From positions 1 to 49,017 of the forward strand of contig CALFWI010000063.1 of NCBI GenBank assembly GCA_937928615.1: DNA of 49,017 bases, given 5' to 3'. Below are positions 1 to 9,198 of this stretch, one piece after another. How positions within the stretch are numbered: the stretch's first letter is position 1; every line of letters begins with the position of its first letter. A model generated the notes under the pieces. The model was not told where the DNA came from, did not search any database, and saw only the letters and a list, made by a program, of their open reading frames with translations. The translations under genes and the position numbers were made by a program. This stretch comes from an uncultured Saprospiraceae bacterium. GTDB lineage: Bacteria > Bacteroidota > Bacteroidia > Chitinophagales > Saprospiraceae.

Positions 1-60
1 ACTAGTTGCTAGTTAGTCACGAGATAACCAGCAACTAGTAACCTGCAACTAGCAACTATT
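1..60 (+). repeat. Heptamer-array hairpin element, AACTRGY family, copy 1 (left side may be cut by the window edge)
   Basis: Left arm ACTAGTT GCTAGTT (1-14), 11-nt loop, then a right arm of five tandem heptamers AACCAGC AACTAGT AACCTGC AACTAGC AACTATT (26-60). Positions 1-14 pair with 26-39 in 13 of 14 positions. The last heptamer overlaps the stop codon (56-58) of the minus-strand M16-like gene. Confidence 0.8.
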
Positions 61-2221
61 CCACCTTAAATAAATCATCACTCACGCCACTATTCACTTT
101 AATTTCCGTAATTTTTAAGTCCAAAGGAATTGGTGCTGCACCAACTAATTTTCGACCAAAAGGAAATAAAATACCATCTACTTCTTGATAATTGCTTAAG
201 TCTGTAGAAACCGTTTGAAGCTGACCATTTGGACCAGGTATATTACTTGATTCTTTAACTTTTAAATAAGTTGTAGTATCAAAAAATAACGTTTGTTTTT
301 TGCCTAATGGAGAAGTTGTTGCTACCACAAAAACATTTTTACCATCCAAATTTTCTGTACCGACTAATTTAGCTTCATAGCCCAATTCTTTAAATTGCAT
401 TTCAGTAAATAATACTGCTTGTTCTTTTGAATTTGCTACCTGTTCTGCTGGCATAGGTTGAGATTGACCACCTGCGGAAATTTTACCTTTATCCCCATTT
501 AAAATCGTCTCTTGTTGAGCAACGCCCCCCATAATGAATGCTTGGTAAGTTTTACCTGGTGCTTTCTGGATAATCTTCATTTCTATGGTCTGCCCCATTG
601 CATCGGCAGCCATATTCATGGTCAAATCTTTCACTGCCATTAATTTTTCTTTTCCACCAATTGCAGCAATGTATTTATCTAATACTTGCTCTACCGTCAT
701 ATTTGCCGTAGCAGCACTTTCCTCTATTTTTAGCGGCGTTCCATAAGCATCAAAATAATTTATCGTTCCATCAGCAGAAAATACTTTCAAACTTTCCGCT
801 ACCTCTGCTTTATTTCCAACAACCAAAATATGCGCATTTTTCGGCGTGATGTATTTTTGAGCCATTGCCTGAATATCTTCTGCTGTTACCGCATTCAACT
901 TTTCTAAATAAGTTGGGTAATAATCTGCTGGCAATTCATAACGAGCAGTATTTAAAGCAAAACGAGCAACTGTCTGTGGACTCTCTAAAGACCGAGCAAA
1001 GCTACCCGTTAGATAATTCTTTACTAAGTTTAATTCCTTTTCCGTTACTCGCTCGTCTCTGATTTTGTTCAATTCTTTAAGCATTTCCGTAATGGCCGCT
1101 GCCGTCACTTCGTTTCTGACAGGCGCAGAAGCTGTAAAAGCACCAATTTCTTTATCATAAGATAAATTAGAACCTCCACCATAAGTATAGCCTTTGTCTT
1201 CTCGAATGTTCTGATTAATTCGACTTCCAAAAAAACCACCTAATAAGACATTCATTACTCTTGCTTTAATCCAATCATCCGACCCAGGTTTTAAGACCAC
1301 AGGATAGGTAATGTTAATAATGGATTGAACCGCCCCACTTTTACTCACAAAATCAACTTTTGGAGCAGCTGGTTTTTCGGGCGTAGCAAATGTTTCTTTC
1401 TGGACAGGTCTCCCTACCCAATTGCCAAAGTATTTTTCTGCTAAAGGTTTTGCTTCTGCTGCAGTAATATCTCCAACAATAATCAAATAGCTACTATTCG
1501 GCTTAAAGTATTTATTATAAAAAGTCTTGGTTTGATCTAAAGTTATTTTAGAAACGGTCTCTTCTGTTTCAATCTCCCCGTAAGGGTGATTTTTACCATA
1601 CTTTAATACGCTCGAAACGTTGCTAGCAATAGCATTAGGATTTTCCTTAGCTTGTGCTAATCCAGATAGGGTCTGTTTTTTAATTTTATCAAATTCTGCT
1701 TCAGGAAATGACGGTTTCAATAAAATGCCTGCCGCAATTTTCATTAAGCCTTCTGTATGCTTTTTTAAAGAAGCACCATATAAGCCACTGCTACTAGAAC
1801 TCAAAGAAGCGCCCATAAAATCAACGGCTTCATCAATCTCCGCTTTTGATTTCGTAATGGTACCTGTACTTAGTAATTGGCCTGCGATACTAGCTGTCCC
1901 AGCATATTCATTTTCCATAAATGGAGGCACATCTACAAAGACTTGAAAGGAAACTCTTGGTAATTTATGATTTGCTACTACAAATACTTTTAGCCCATTT
2001 TTTAGATTAAAATTATCCGCTGACCCTACTTCTATTTTAGGGGCTGGTCCTGGTTTAGGAGCAGTTTTTCTAAAATCATTAGCCGCTGCCATTACTGTTT
2101 CTGCTTTATCCGTAGCAGTGTCCATTTTATCTGTACCTGTCGCCGCCGTCTCTGCTATTTTGGGCGTACATTGGGCGAAAAACAGGCTACTTATTAGCAA
2201 TAAAAATAATATTTTTTTCAT
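56..2221 (-). CDS. M16 (pitrilysin/insulinase) family protein, probable non-catalytic partner subunit, lipoprotein, with a ~230-aa C-terminal extension
   Basis: 721-aa ORF. Signal peptide ends in a Cys (LFFAQC). M16-like two-domain body without an HxxEH zinc motif. It lies directly downstream of an HxxEH-containing M16 gene on the same strand. The C-terminal ~230 aa has no match I can name. Confidence 0.75.
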   Translation of the reverse strand: MKKILFLLLISSLFFAQCTPKIAETAATGTDKMDTATDKAETVMAAANDFRKTAPKPGPAPKIEVGSADNFNLKNGLKVFVVANHKLPRVSFQVFVDVPPFMENEYAGTASIAGQLLSTGTITKSKAEIDEAVDFMGASLSSSSSGLYGASLKKHTEGLMKIAAGILLKPSFPEAEFDKIKKQTLSGLAQAKENPNAIASNVSSVLKYGKNHPYGEIETEETVSKITLDQTKTFYNKYFKPNSSYLIIVGDITAAEAKPLAEKYFGNWVGRPVQKETFATPEKPAAPKVDFVSKSGAVQSIINITYPVVLKPGSDDWIKARVMNVLLGGFFGSRINQNIREDKGYTYGGGSNLSYDKEIGAFTASAPVRNEVTAAAITEMLKELNKIRDERVTEKELNLVKNYLTGSFARSLESPQTVARFALNTARYELPADYYPTYLEKLNAVTAEDIQAMAQKYITPKNAHILVVGNKAEVAESLKVFSADGTINYFDAYGTPLKIEESAATANMTVEQVLDKYIAAIGGKEKLMAVKDLTMNMAADAMGQTIEMKIIQKAPGKTYQAFIMGGVAQQETILNGDKGKISAGGQSQPMPAEQVANSKEQAVLFTEMQFKELGYEAKLVGTENLDGKNVFVVATTSPLGKKQTLFFDTTTYLKVKESSNIPGPNGQLQTVSTDLSNYQEVDGILFPFGRKLVGAAPIPLDLKITEIKVNSGVSDDLFKVE

Positions 2222-2323
2222 CGTGTTATATGTTAAAAAGTAAGCTAAAAAGCTTGCGCTTACTTTTAAATTTTGAATTTATGGTTTTCAATTCTTTCAA
2301 AAAAAATAAACATTCAGTGTTGT

Positions 2324-2368
2324 ACGACTTCATCGTTTCTACCTGTCGGTAGACAGGCATCATTTATA
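2324..2368 (+). repeat. TTCATCR-family motif copy interrupted by a 20-nt hairpin insertion
   Basis: ACGACTTCATCGTT (2324-2337) and CATCATTTATA (2358-2368) together match ACGAATTCATCGTTCATCATTTATA at 21834-21858, apart from one substitution. The two parts are separated by TCTACCTGTCGGTAGACAGG (2338-2357), which contains the stem CCTGTC/GACAGG. Confidence 0.7.
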
Positions 2369-2380
2369 GTTTATCCTTTT

Positions 2381-3706
2381 TTAGGGCTGTGCTTGCTTTG
2401 GTAAATAAAACAAGTTCACTCGACTGTCTTTCTTAAAATACTCCTTTGCTACACGTTGAATATCTTGTTTAGTGACTGCTAGATATCTATCAATTTCCGT
2501 ATTAATTAGATTGGCATCTTTATAAAAAAGGTGGTAATTAGCCAAACTCTCCGCAATGCCATAAACCGTAGCATTAGAGGTAACAAAATCATTTTCTACT
2601 TGATTTCTTAATTTTTGAAATTCTTTATCAGAAATGAGTTCATTTTGAACTTTAGCAATTTCCGCATCTACCGCCTCACTTAAGTCGTTGGCATCTACGC
2701 CCATATTTGCGACAGAATAAATGATATTTACGCCTGGGTCTTCTGCGGGTAAAGGAAAACTCCCTGCAAAAACAGCTTTTTGTTGTTCGTCTACTAAGGC
2801 TCTATATAAACGAGAACTTTGTCCTTGAGATAATAATTGAGCTAACATACTCACCGCATAAAAATCAGGCGTTCCTTGTGCGGGTAAACGATAAGTTTGT
2901 ACAACGGCTGGTAATTGAATATTATCAAACACTGTATCCTTTACTTCTCCTTTAATTGGAGCATCCACTATATCTGGCCGATAGATAGGTTTCGTTCCCT
3001 TTGGTATCGTACTAAAATATTTATCCACCATTTTTTTTGTAGCTTCAATATCTAAGTCTCCAGCAATAGATAAAACCGCATTATTCGGTACATAAAAATC
3101 TTTATAGAAATTGATGTAGTCAATTTCTTGGGCTGCGTTCAAATGTTCCATTGAACCAATCGGTACCCAACGATAAGGATGCTTCGTAAACGCTCTAGCC
3201 ATAGATTCTGGCAAAATAGTACCATAGGGCTGATTTTCATATCGTTGACGACGTTCTTCTTTCACGACTTCTCTTTGTGTTTCCACTCCTTTCTGGTCAA
3301 CTTTAGCATGTAGTAATCTTTCCGATTCTAACCATAGTCCTAGCTCTAGCTGATTGGAGGGTAATAATTCATAATAGAAAGTTTTGTCCTGCGAAGTATA
3401 AGCATTATTAGAACCACCAGCTCCATTAATGTATTTATCAAATTGCCCGCGTTCTATATTTTCAGAACCTTCAAATAATAAATGTTCGAAAAAGTGGGCA
3501 AAACCAGTTCTATCAGGGTTCTCATTTTTTGAACCAACATGGTACATGATAGAAACTGCTACGATTGGGGTAGAATTATCTTGGTGTAAAATGACATGTA
3601 AGCCATTAGCCAAATCGTATTCTACAAAATCAATTTTATTCATCTGGGCGTTAAGCGTGAATAACCCGAAGAGAAAAAACAAACAAGTGAGTCCTTTTTG
3701 TTTCAT
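2381..3706 (-). CDS. M16 family zinc metallopeptidase (catalytic subunit type)
   Basis: 441-aa ORF with an N-terminal signal peptide. It has the inverted zinc-binding motif HFFEH followed by LLFEGS, and typical M16 N- and C-domains. Confidence 0.85.
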   Translation of the reverse strand: MKQKGLTCLFFLFGLFTLNAQMNKIDFVEYDLANGLHVILHQDNSTPIVAVSIMYHVGSKNENPDRTGFAHFFEHLLFEGSENIERGQFDKYINGAGGSNNAYTSQDKTFYYELLPSNQLELGLWLESERLLHAKVDQKGVETQREVVKEERRQRYENQPYGTILPESMARAFTKHPYRWVPIGSMEHLNAAQEIDYINFYKDFYVPNNAVLSIAGDLDIEATKKMVDKYFSTIPKGTKPIYRPDIVDAPIKGEVKDTVFDNIQLPAVVQTYRLPAQGTPDFYAVSMLAQLLSQGQSSRLYRALVDEQQKAVFAGSFPLPAEDPGVNIIYSVANMGVDANDLSEAVDAEIAKVQNELISDKEFQKLRNQVENDFVTSNATVYGIAESLANYHLFYKDANLINTEIDRYLAVTKQDIQRVAKEYFKKDSRVNLFYLPKQAQP

Positions 3707-4014
3707 AAAAAATAAGGATTTAGTTGAGTTGAGAATTTGTGTTTTATAAATAGCGTCATCTACTAAAGTATAAGTACTGAACTTAGCATATGTGACAATG
3801 TAGAATTGCGAAATTGCATATAATTTTTAATTTATTTTGATATATTCGATTAATTATGGTGAACAAATGACGAAAACGATAAATATATATAGATATTACG
3901 GGGAATTTTGAATTCCAAGATTGATAATTTCTAGAAGTCAGAAATATCATTTTTTAGTCTGACTATCTTATAATTTCATTCCCTCATTTTCCTTCTAATC
4001 AAAACTTAAAAACA

Positions 4015-5001
4015 ATGTTAAATAGACGAAAATTTATTCATCGTTCGGCACTCAGTTCTTTATTGGCTGCTATTGGCTTAGGTAGCACGGCCTGTGCTTC
4101 CGAAGAAAAAGTCACTCCCATAACCACTACTACGACGACTAAACCAACAGTCATTGCGACTTGGGAACGCCGAGCAGCCAACCAAACAGCTTGGCAAGTC
4201 ATCCAAAAAGGAGGTAGGGCTTTAGATGCAGTAGAAGCAGGTGTTAAAGTATTAGAAGCAGACGAAAATGACCAGTCTGTAGGTTATGGTGGCCGACCAG
4301 ACAGAGAGGGCAAGGTAACTTTAGACGCTTGTATTATGGATGAAAAAGGGGATTGTGGTTCTGTTTGTTTTTTGCAGGGCATCAAACATCCTATTTCTGT
4401 GGCTCGAAAAGTAATGGAAGAAACGCCTCATGTGATACTAGCAGGGGAGGGCGCTTTGAAATTTGCCTTAGCACAAGGTTTTAAAGTAGAAAATCTATTA
4501 ACGGAAAAATCTAAAAAAGAGTATGAAGCTTGGTTAGTTAATACGGAATACAAACCAGTTATCAATATCGAAAATCATGATACGATAGGTATGGTGGCTA
4601 TTGATCAAGCAGGAAATATTTCTGGTGCTTGTACGACTAGTGGTATGGCTTATAAAATGCATGGAAGAGTGGGCGACTCCCCTATTATTGGTGCGGGCTT
4701 ATTTGTCGATAATGAAGTTGGCGGAGCGGCGGCTACTGGAGTAGGTGAAGCAGTACTCAAAACCTTAGGTTCTTTTCTAGTTGTGGAATTGATGCGACAA
4801 GGTAAAACACCCCAAGAAGCTTGCGAAGAAGCCGTTAATCGAATTGCGAAAAATCAACATTATAAAGATATTCAAGTGGGCTATTGTGCAGTTAACAAAG
4901 CTGGGCAATATGGTGGGTATAGCGTTCAACCTGGATTTAGTTACGTTGTGAATCAAAAAGAAGAGACTGAATTATTTCAAGCGACTTCTTTTATCCAATA
5001 A
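4015..5001 (+). CDS. N4-(beta-N-acetylglucosaminyl)-L-asparaginase (glycosylasparaginase), Ntn hydrolase
   Basis: 328-aa ORF. Twin-arginine-like signal (NRRKFIH). Autoprocessing/nucleophile motif HDTIGMVAID. A GAGLFVDNEVGGAAATG segment typical of asparaginase_2/glycosylasparaginase. Confidence 0.8.
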   Translation: MLNRRKFIHRSALSSLLAAIGLGSTACASEEKVTPITTTTTTKPTVIATWERRAANQTAWQVIQKGGRALDAVEAGVKVLEADENDQSVGYGGRPDREGKVTLDACIMDEKGDCGSVCFLQGIKHPISVARKVMEETPHVILAGEGALKFALAQGFKVENLLTEKSKKEYEAWLVNTEYKPVINIENHDTIGMVAIDQAGNISGACTTSGMAYKMHGRVGDSPIIGAGLFVDNEVGGAAATGVGEAVLKTLGSFLVVELMRQGKTPQEACEEAVNRIAKNQHYKDIQVGYCAVNKAGQYGGYSVQPGFSYVVNQKEETELFQATSFIQ

Positions 5002-5070
5002 GCAAGTTGCCTGTTACCAGTTGCTTGTTAGTCTAAACTGGCAACTGGTAACTCGCAACTGGTAACTGTC
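5002..5070 (+). repeat. Heptamer-array hairpin element, AACTRGY family, copy 2; probable bidirectional terminator
   Basis: Left arm GCAAGTT GCCTGTT ACCAGTT GCTTGTT (5002-5029). Right arm AACTGGC AACTGGT AACTCGC AACTGGT AACTGTC (5036-5070). GTTGCCTGTTACCAGTTGC (5006-5024) pairs with 5041-5059 with 2 mismatches. The element fills the whole spacer between two convergent stop codons. Confidence 0.8.
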
Positions 5071-5567
5071 TAATACCGATTCACATCATATCGACGCAAT
5101 AATCTACGCTCAACACCAGCATAAAGGCTCAATTCGTATTTCCCTGGTAATAATTGCATCAATTGAATTTCCTGTACCGTCAGAGGAGACAAATGTAAGA
5201 AAGATTTGACTACCTTCTTTCCTTTTTTAGTCGTTAACTTCAAATGATAAGACGTTGCTTCTTTGGCATATAAATGTGCGGTTACCGTTAAATCTTCTCG
5301 GTTAGGTACTACCGTAAAATTAGTTTTTGCCAATTGCTTTTGTCCCTTTCTAGCTCTTCTTAATTTTTTCCTAGTTTTTCTAGATTCTTTAATGGACATA
5401 TCAGGTTGATAATCCATCGAATAGGAAAATTCATCATCATATCGCATTTCATCCATCCAATTATATTCATCCATAACGGAACGATTACGATCATACTGAT
5501 TCCAATTCTTTTGAGCAGAAAGATTTAGGGCAAAACAAATGCTTGTCAATAGTAATAGTTTTCTCAT
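5070..5567 (-). CDS. Small secreted hypothetical protein with a possible T9SS C-terminal sorting-domain-like tail
   Basis: 165-aa ORF. Signal peptide MRKLLLLTSICFALNLSAQ, then an acidic stretch, then a highly basic stretch. The last ~85 aa (FTVVPNREDLTV...GKKV...LLPGKYELSLYAG) resemble the Por_Secre_tail pattern. Confidence 0.55.
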   Translation of the reverse strand: MRKLLLLTSICFALNLSAQKNWNQYDRNRSVMDEYNWMDEMRYDDEFSYSMDYQPDMSIKESRKTRKKLRRARKGQKQLAKTNFTVVPNREDLTVTAHLYAKEATSYHLKLTTKKGKKVVKSFLHLSPLTVQEIQLMQLLPGKYELSLYAGVERRLLRRYDVNRY

Positions 5568-5611
5568 GAGTGCATGTTTTATTATGTGTAGTAATAATAA
5601 TAATAAAACAA

Positions 5612-5658
5612 GGAAAGTGATGTAGCCATTCTTAATATTAAGAATGACTACACTTTCC
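5612..5658 (-). terminator. Strong hairpin with a U-rich tail on the minus strand (intrinsic terminator or attenuator)
   Basis: GGAAAGT..GTAG.CATTCTTAA / TTAAGAATG.CTAC.ACTTTCC gives about 20 paired positions with one 3-nt bulge. On the minus strand it is followed by TTGTTTTATTATTATT. It sits 17 nt downstream of the 5675..5878 ORF and 45 nt upstream of the 5567 start codon. Confidence 0.55.
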
Positions 5659-6294
5659 AGTGTTTTATTGGGGTTTAAGCTATTTTTATTAATTGATGAT
5701 TGACAGTTGCTTCGGTAGAATGATTGGGTTTCCTATTTTCTGAAATTTTAGATTGGTTTACGCTTGAAATAGTAGGTATTGTCTTTATTGAAATGCTGGT
5801 ATTCTTCTTGGTAAATTGGGGATGTTTCGCCAAAATATGACAAGCTAAGCAATTAAGACTAAGTGTGTGTAAGTTCATAGTTGATAGTTTTTTTTGGGGT
5901 TGGTTTGGTGGAATCGCATAGGCCTTTAATCCATAAAAACACGATTCCCCAAACCAAAGATATTTTTATTTTAACTCGCCTAAATTTAAAACTTTGGCTT
6001 TTTGAGGCTGAGTTAATATCTTAACACAGCGACAATTTCCGACATTTTAAATTTCAATACTAGCATTATTTGTTCAAAAATCTTCACTTTTTTGACATTC
6101 TTTATTTTTAAATTACTTAATAGGTGATTTATTTTAAAAAATTCTTATTTTGGTTATACTTTATTAATGTATAATATTTTTAGTAAAGCCTTTTCATTTT
6201 GATTGTTTTATACCATTAGGTCCTTATTCCTAGTCGATATTTTTTAAAATTGAGGGACTCATTTACCCTTAGATACCAATTTCTAATTCGTTAC

Positions 6295-9198
6295 TTATTT
6301 CTGTGATTTCCGAATAGAACTAGGTGTTTTTCCATAAATTTGTTGAAAGGTTCGAGAAAAATAATTTGGATCAGAGAAGCCTAAATCATAAGCTATTTCA
6401 GAAATATTCATTTGGGTACTATTCAATAACTCCATCGCTCTTTTCATTCGTAACATCCGCATATATTGGGTCGGTGTTTTGCCTGTTAAAGCTTTTAATT
6501 TTCGATATACTTGTACCTGACTCATTTGCATAATTTGAGCAATTTGTGGTACTGAAAAATCGGAATTGGTTAAATGCTCATTAATTACTCCTTGTAATTG
6601 TTGTAAAAAGGCTTTTTCTGTATCTCTTATTTTGGAATGCCCTTTCTCCGCTAAAAAATCTTCCTTTGAATGGTAAGCTTGTAAGCGTTTTCGCAGTTCG
6701 ACTAATTTTTCTAAACGAATAATAAGCTCCTCTTTATCAAACGGCTTCATCAGATAAGCATCTGCTCCATACTTTAGGCCTTTTAATTTATTTTGTTGAG
6801 TCGCCTTGGCTGTTAAAAGAATAATGGGAATATGGCTAGTTTTGGTGTTTTGTTTTAATTCCTTTGTCACTTCAAAACCATCCTTTTTGGGCATCATTAC
6901 ATCACTGATAATAATATCAGGAATGATGGCCAAGGATTTTTCTACCCCTTCTTGACCATTTCGAGCAACCTGAATAGTATATTGGTCTTTTAAACAATAT
7001 TTTATGTACGTTAATACATCTTCATTGTCTTCTATAATTAATAATAAGGGTAATTCTTTCTTTTCAAATTTAAGTTCCCTATTAGCGGTATTAGAAACAG
7101 TTCCTAATGCTGATAAAGATTCTTTTTCTAGTAAGGTGTAAGTATTAACTAAGGGAACTGGTTGAGTTAATAATTCTTGAGATTCAGGTACATTTTTTAG
7201 GCCTAATGATTCGGTTTTTTTATAAGGCAACTGAATAATAAATTCACTTCCTTTGTCCAATTCACTATTGATATTAATTGTTCCTTGCATGAGGTGCACT
7301 AATTCCTTGGTAAGTGCCAAACCTATCCCCGTTCCACCTTCTTTTCTAGTCAATGCATTATCTGATTGATAAAAACGGTCAAATATATAGGGTAAATCTG
7401 CTGAAGAAATACCAATACCTGTATCTTTTACTTTAATTTGTAAAACAGAGGTTTGGTCAGCTTTAATCAATTTTGTGTGGACAATTATTTTGCCATACTG
7501 TGGCGTAAATTTAATGGCATTTGATAATAAATTTTGGACAATGTGGCGAATCTTTTTTTCATCGTAACCTATCCATAACTGAGGCGTTTCCGTATAAAAA
7601 GTCAACTTAATGTCCTTAGATTCTGCCGCAGATAAAAAGGATTCTACTAAATATTGTAGATAACTAATAATGTCTTTTTGCACTAAATCTAATTGTAGTT
7701 TTCCTTCTTCTGCTTTTGCTAAGTCCAACATTTGATTAATTAATTGCAGTAAGTTTTTACTATTGCGATTAATTAATTCTTTCTCTACTTGGTTATCTTT
7801 TATCTGACTATTGATTCCCATGATAACCGTCAGGGGGGTTCTAAATTCATGCGTAATATTCGTATACAATCTACTCTTAAGGTTATCTAACTCTTTTAAG
7901 CGTTCTGCTTCTTTTTGTTCTTGATCTTGAATTAATCTACTTTTTATCAATTGGAACTTAACTTCTTGTCGCTCTTTTTCCATTAGTAACCTCCTATAGG
8001 CTAAACCTATAGAAAAAGCAATAATCTCTATGGTCGTACCAATCTTTAGAGAAATCGTAGAAAAATCAAAAGACTGTGCTCTTGACCATATCACTATTAA
8101 AATACCAATACCTACTGCCGTGTTACCAACGATAATAAAGTAAGCTTTTCGGTCTTTAGTTCGAAGAAGCGGAAAGATAATAGCGAAAATACAAATCACA
8201 AATAGTGCAGAAAAAGAAAGGGAAACTCCATCAGAAGCATTATAACTAAAATTAGTAGATGCCATCAAATAGCCATCCAATAATAACGCAGGTATCGTTA
8301 ATATGGAAAACCATTTAAAAACAATATCCCATGTTGGCAATAATTTGGATAAATCTAAAAAAGTACGTACAAAAGCTAAATAACCAATAATTGCGATATA
8401 GAACGAAAGTTTGAAAAAATGGATGAGTTGTGGTTCATTAGGGAAAAAAGAATCCGTTATCCAATTAGCTAGACTCCCTGAATTATAAGCCGTAAAAAAT
8501 AAAATACCAACTAAATAAGCAGCATAAGCAATAAAAGCTTTATCCTTTGCAAAAAAGTATAAAATCAGATTATAGATTAACATCATCAACACCAAACCAA
8601 AATAGATGTAATCTCTTTCTTTTTCTTTATTTAAAGTAATTAGGTATTTATCAACAGGAATAAGGCTCAAATCAAATTCAGGAGCAAGTGCCGTACGATT
8701 GCTCACTGTTTTATAATAAATCGTGTAATGTCTATCAGGAAGAAAAATTAATTTCACAAGATTACCCTTGATTATCGGCGCGAAAGTTCTATCGGATATA
8801 GCCGTAAAAAAACCACTCCTAGCGGTTTGGATATTTCCTAAATTATCAATAGCATAAACCTCTAAATCGGTTAAAGAGATAGAAAATCTTAAAACCCATT
8901 CTGTCGTTGTAGCATTTGAAGGTAAGTTATTTTGAAGCTGAAATTTCCCCCAATAGGCTTGCTCTGGTTGAAACCCTTCTTTTTGCCACCCCTCTAAAGG
9001 CTTAAAGGCTAAAAGACTATCAATTGTATTTTGCGAACTAAAGGATAATGCATTCGTCCTATCAATAGCTATTGCTAGGTAAGTATCTAAGGTATAAGTT
9101 TTCTGCTCTTTTTCTATGACTAAAGTCTGACTTTGAATTGTTATAGAAAAAAATAGTAATACACCAAATAGGTAATATGTTATGTGTTCTCTCTTCAA
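6295..9198 (-). CDS. Hybrid sensor histidine kinase / response regulator with 7TMR-DISM sensor and AraC-type HTH output
   Basis: 967-aa ORF. Signal peptide plus an extracytoplasmic domain, then about seven TM helices (7TMR-DISM layout). H-box HEFRTPLT, N-box LLSNAIKFT, G-boxes DTGIGI and GTGIGLAL. Receiver domain (IISDVMMPKKDG, LTAK). C-terminal AraC HTH (YFSRTFQQIYGKTPS). Confidence 0.9.
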   Translation of the reverse strand: MKREHITYYLFGVLLFFSITIQSQTLVIEKEQKTYTLDTYLAIAIDRTNALSFSSQNTIDSLLAFKPLEGWQKEGFQPEQAYWGKFQLQNNLPSNATTTEWVLRFSISLTDLEVYAIDNLGNIQTARSGFFTAISDRTFAPIIKGNLVKLIFLPDRHYTIYYKTVSNRTALAPEFDLSLIPVDKYLITLNKEKERDYIYFGLVLMMLIYNLILYFFAKDKAFIAYAAYLVGILFFTAYNSGSLANWITDSFFPNEPQLIHFFKLSFYIAIIGYLAFVRTFLDLSKLLPTWDIVFKWFSILTIPALLLDGYLMASTNFSYNASDGVSLSFSALFVICIFAIIFPLLRTKDRKAYFIIVGNTAVGIGILIVIWSRAQSFDFSTISLKIGTTIEIIAFSIGLAYRRLLMEKERQEVKFQLIKSRLIQDQEQKEAERLKELDNLKSRLYTNITHEFRTPLTVIMGINSQIKDNQVEKELINRNSKNLLQLINQMLDLAKAEEGKLQLDLVQKDIISYLQYLVESFLSAAESKDIKLTFYTETPQLWIGYDEKKIRHIVQNLLSNAIKFTPQYGKIIVHTKLIKADQTSVLQIKVKDTGIGISSADLPYIFDRFYQSDNALTRKEGGTGIGLALTKELVHLMQGTININSELDKGSEFIIQLPYKKTESLGLKNVPESQELLTQPVPLVNTYTLLEKESLSALGTVSNTANRELKFEKKELPLLLIIEDNEDVLTYIKYCLKDQYTIQVARNGQEGVEKSLAIIPDIIISDVMMPKKDGFEVTKELKQNTKTSHIPIILLTAKATQQNKLKGLKYGADAYLMKPFDKEELIIRLEKLVELRKRLQAYHSKEDFLAEKGHSKIRDTEKAFLQQLQGVINEHLTNSDFSVPQIAQIMQMSQVQVYRKLKALTGKTPTQYMRMLRMKRAMELLNSTQMNISEIAYDLGFSDPNYFSRTFQQIYGKTPSSIRKSQK

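Noticed and set aside
865-1946. Antisense ORFs inside larger CDSs. Examples are 865..1062 and 1620..1946 in the M16-like gene. Others are 3429..3749, 6324..6533, 11212..11427, 11878..12063, 13029..13264, 13545..13766, 13882..14121, 14123..14712, 15006..15200, 15797..16153, 18903..19097, 20699..20923, 22667..22864, 25718..25900, the five + strand ORFs inside the cyclase gene, 32719..33060, 33541..34027, 34684..35463, 36678..36914, 41832..42233, 43644..43829, 44363..44867, 45702..45884 and 47137..47403.
   Set aside because: All are embedded in, or largely overlap, a longer ORF with clear family motifs. They have low-complexity or odd composition and no recognisable motifs. They are typical shadow ORFs of an AT-rich genome.
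3902-3916. GGAATT TTG AATTCC dyad upstream of the glycosylasparaginase gene
   Set aside because: It is a 6-bp stem with a 3-nt loop in AT-rich DNA, with no second copy and no positional support.
5675-5878. The CLACH (CxxCH-like) motif in the 67-aa ORF, considered as a possible mini cytochrome
   Set aside because: There is no signal peptide and no other heme-protein features, so a single CxxCH can arise by chance. I kept the locus only as a possible small transcript unit, not as a called CDS.
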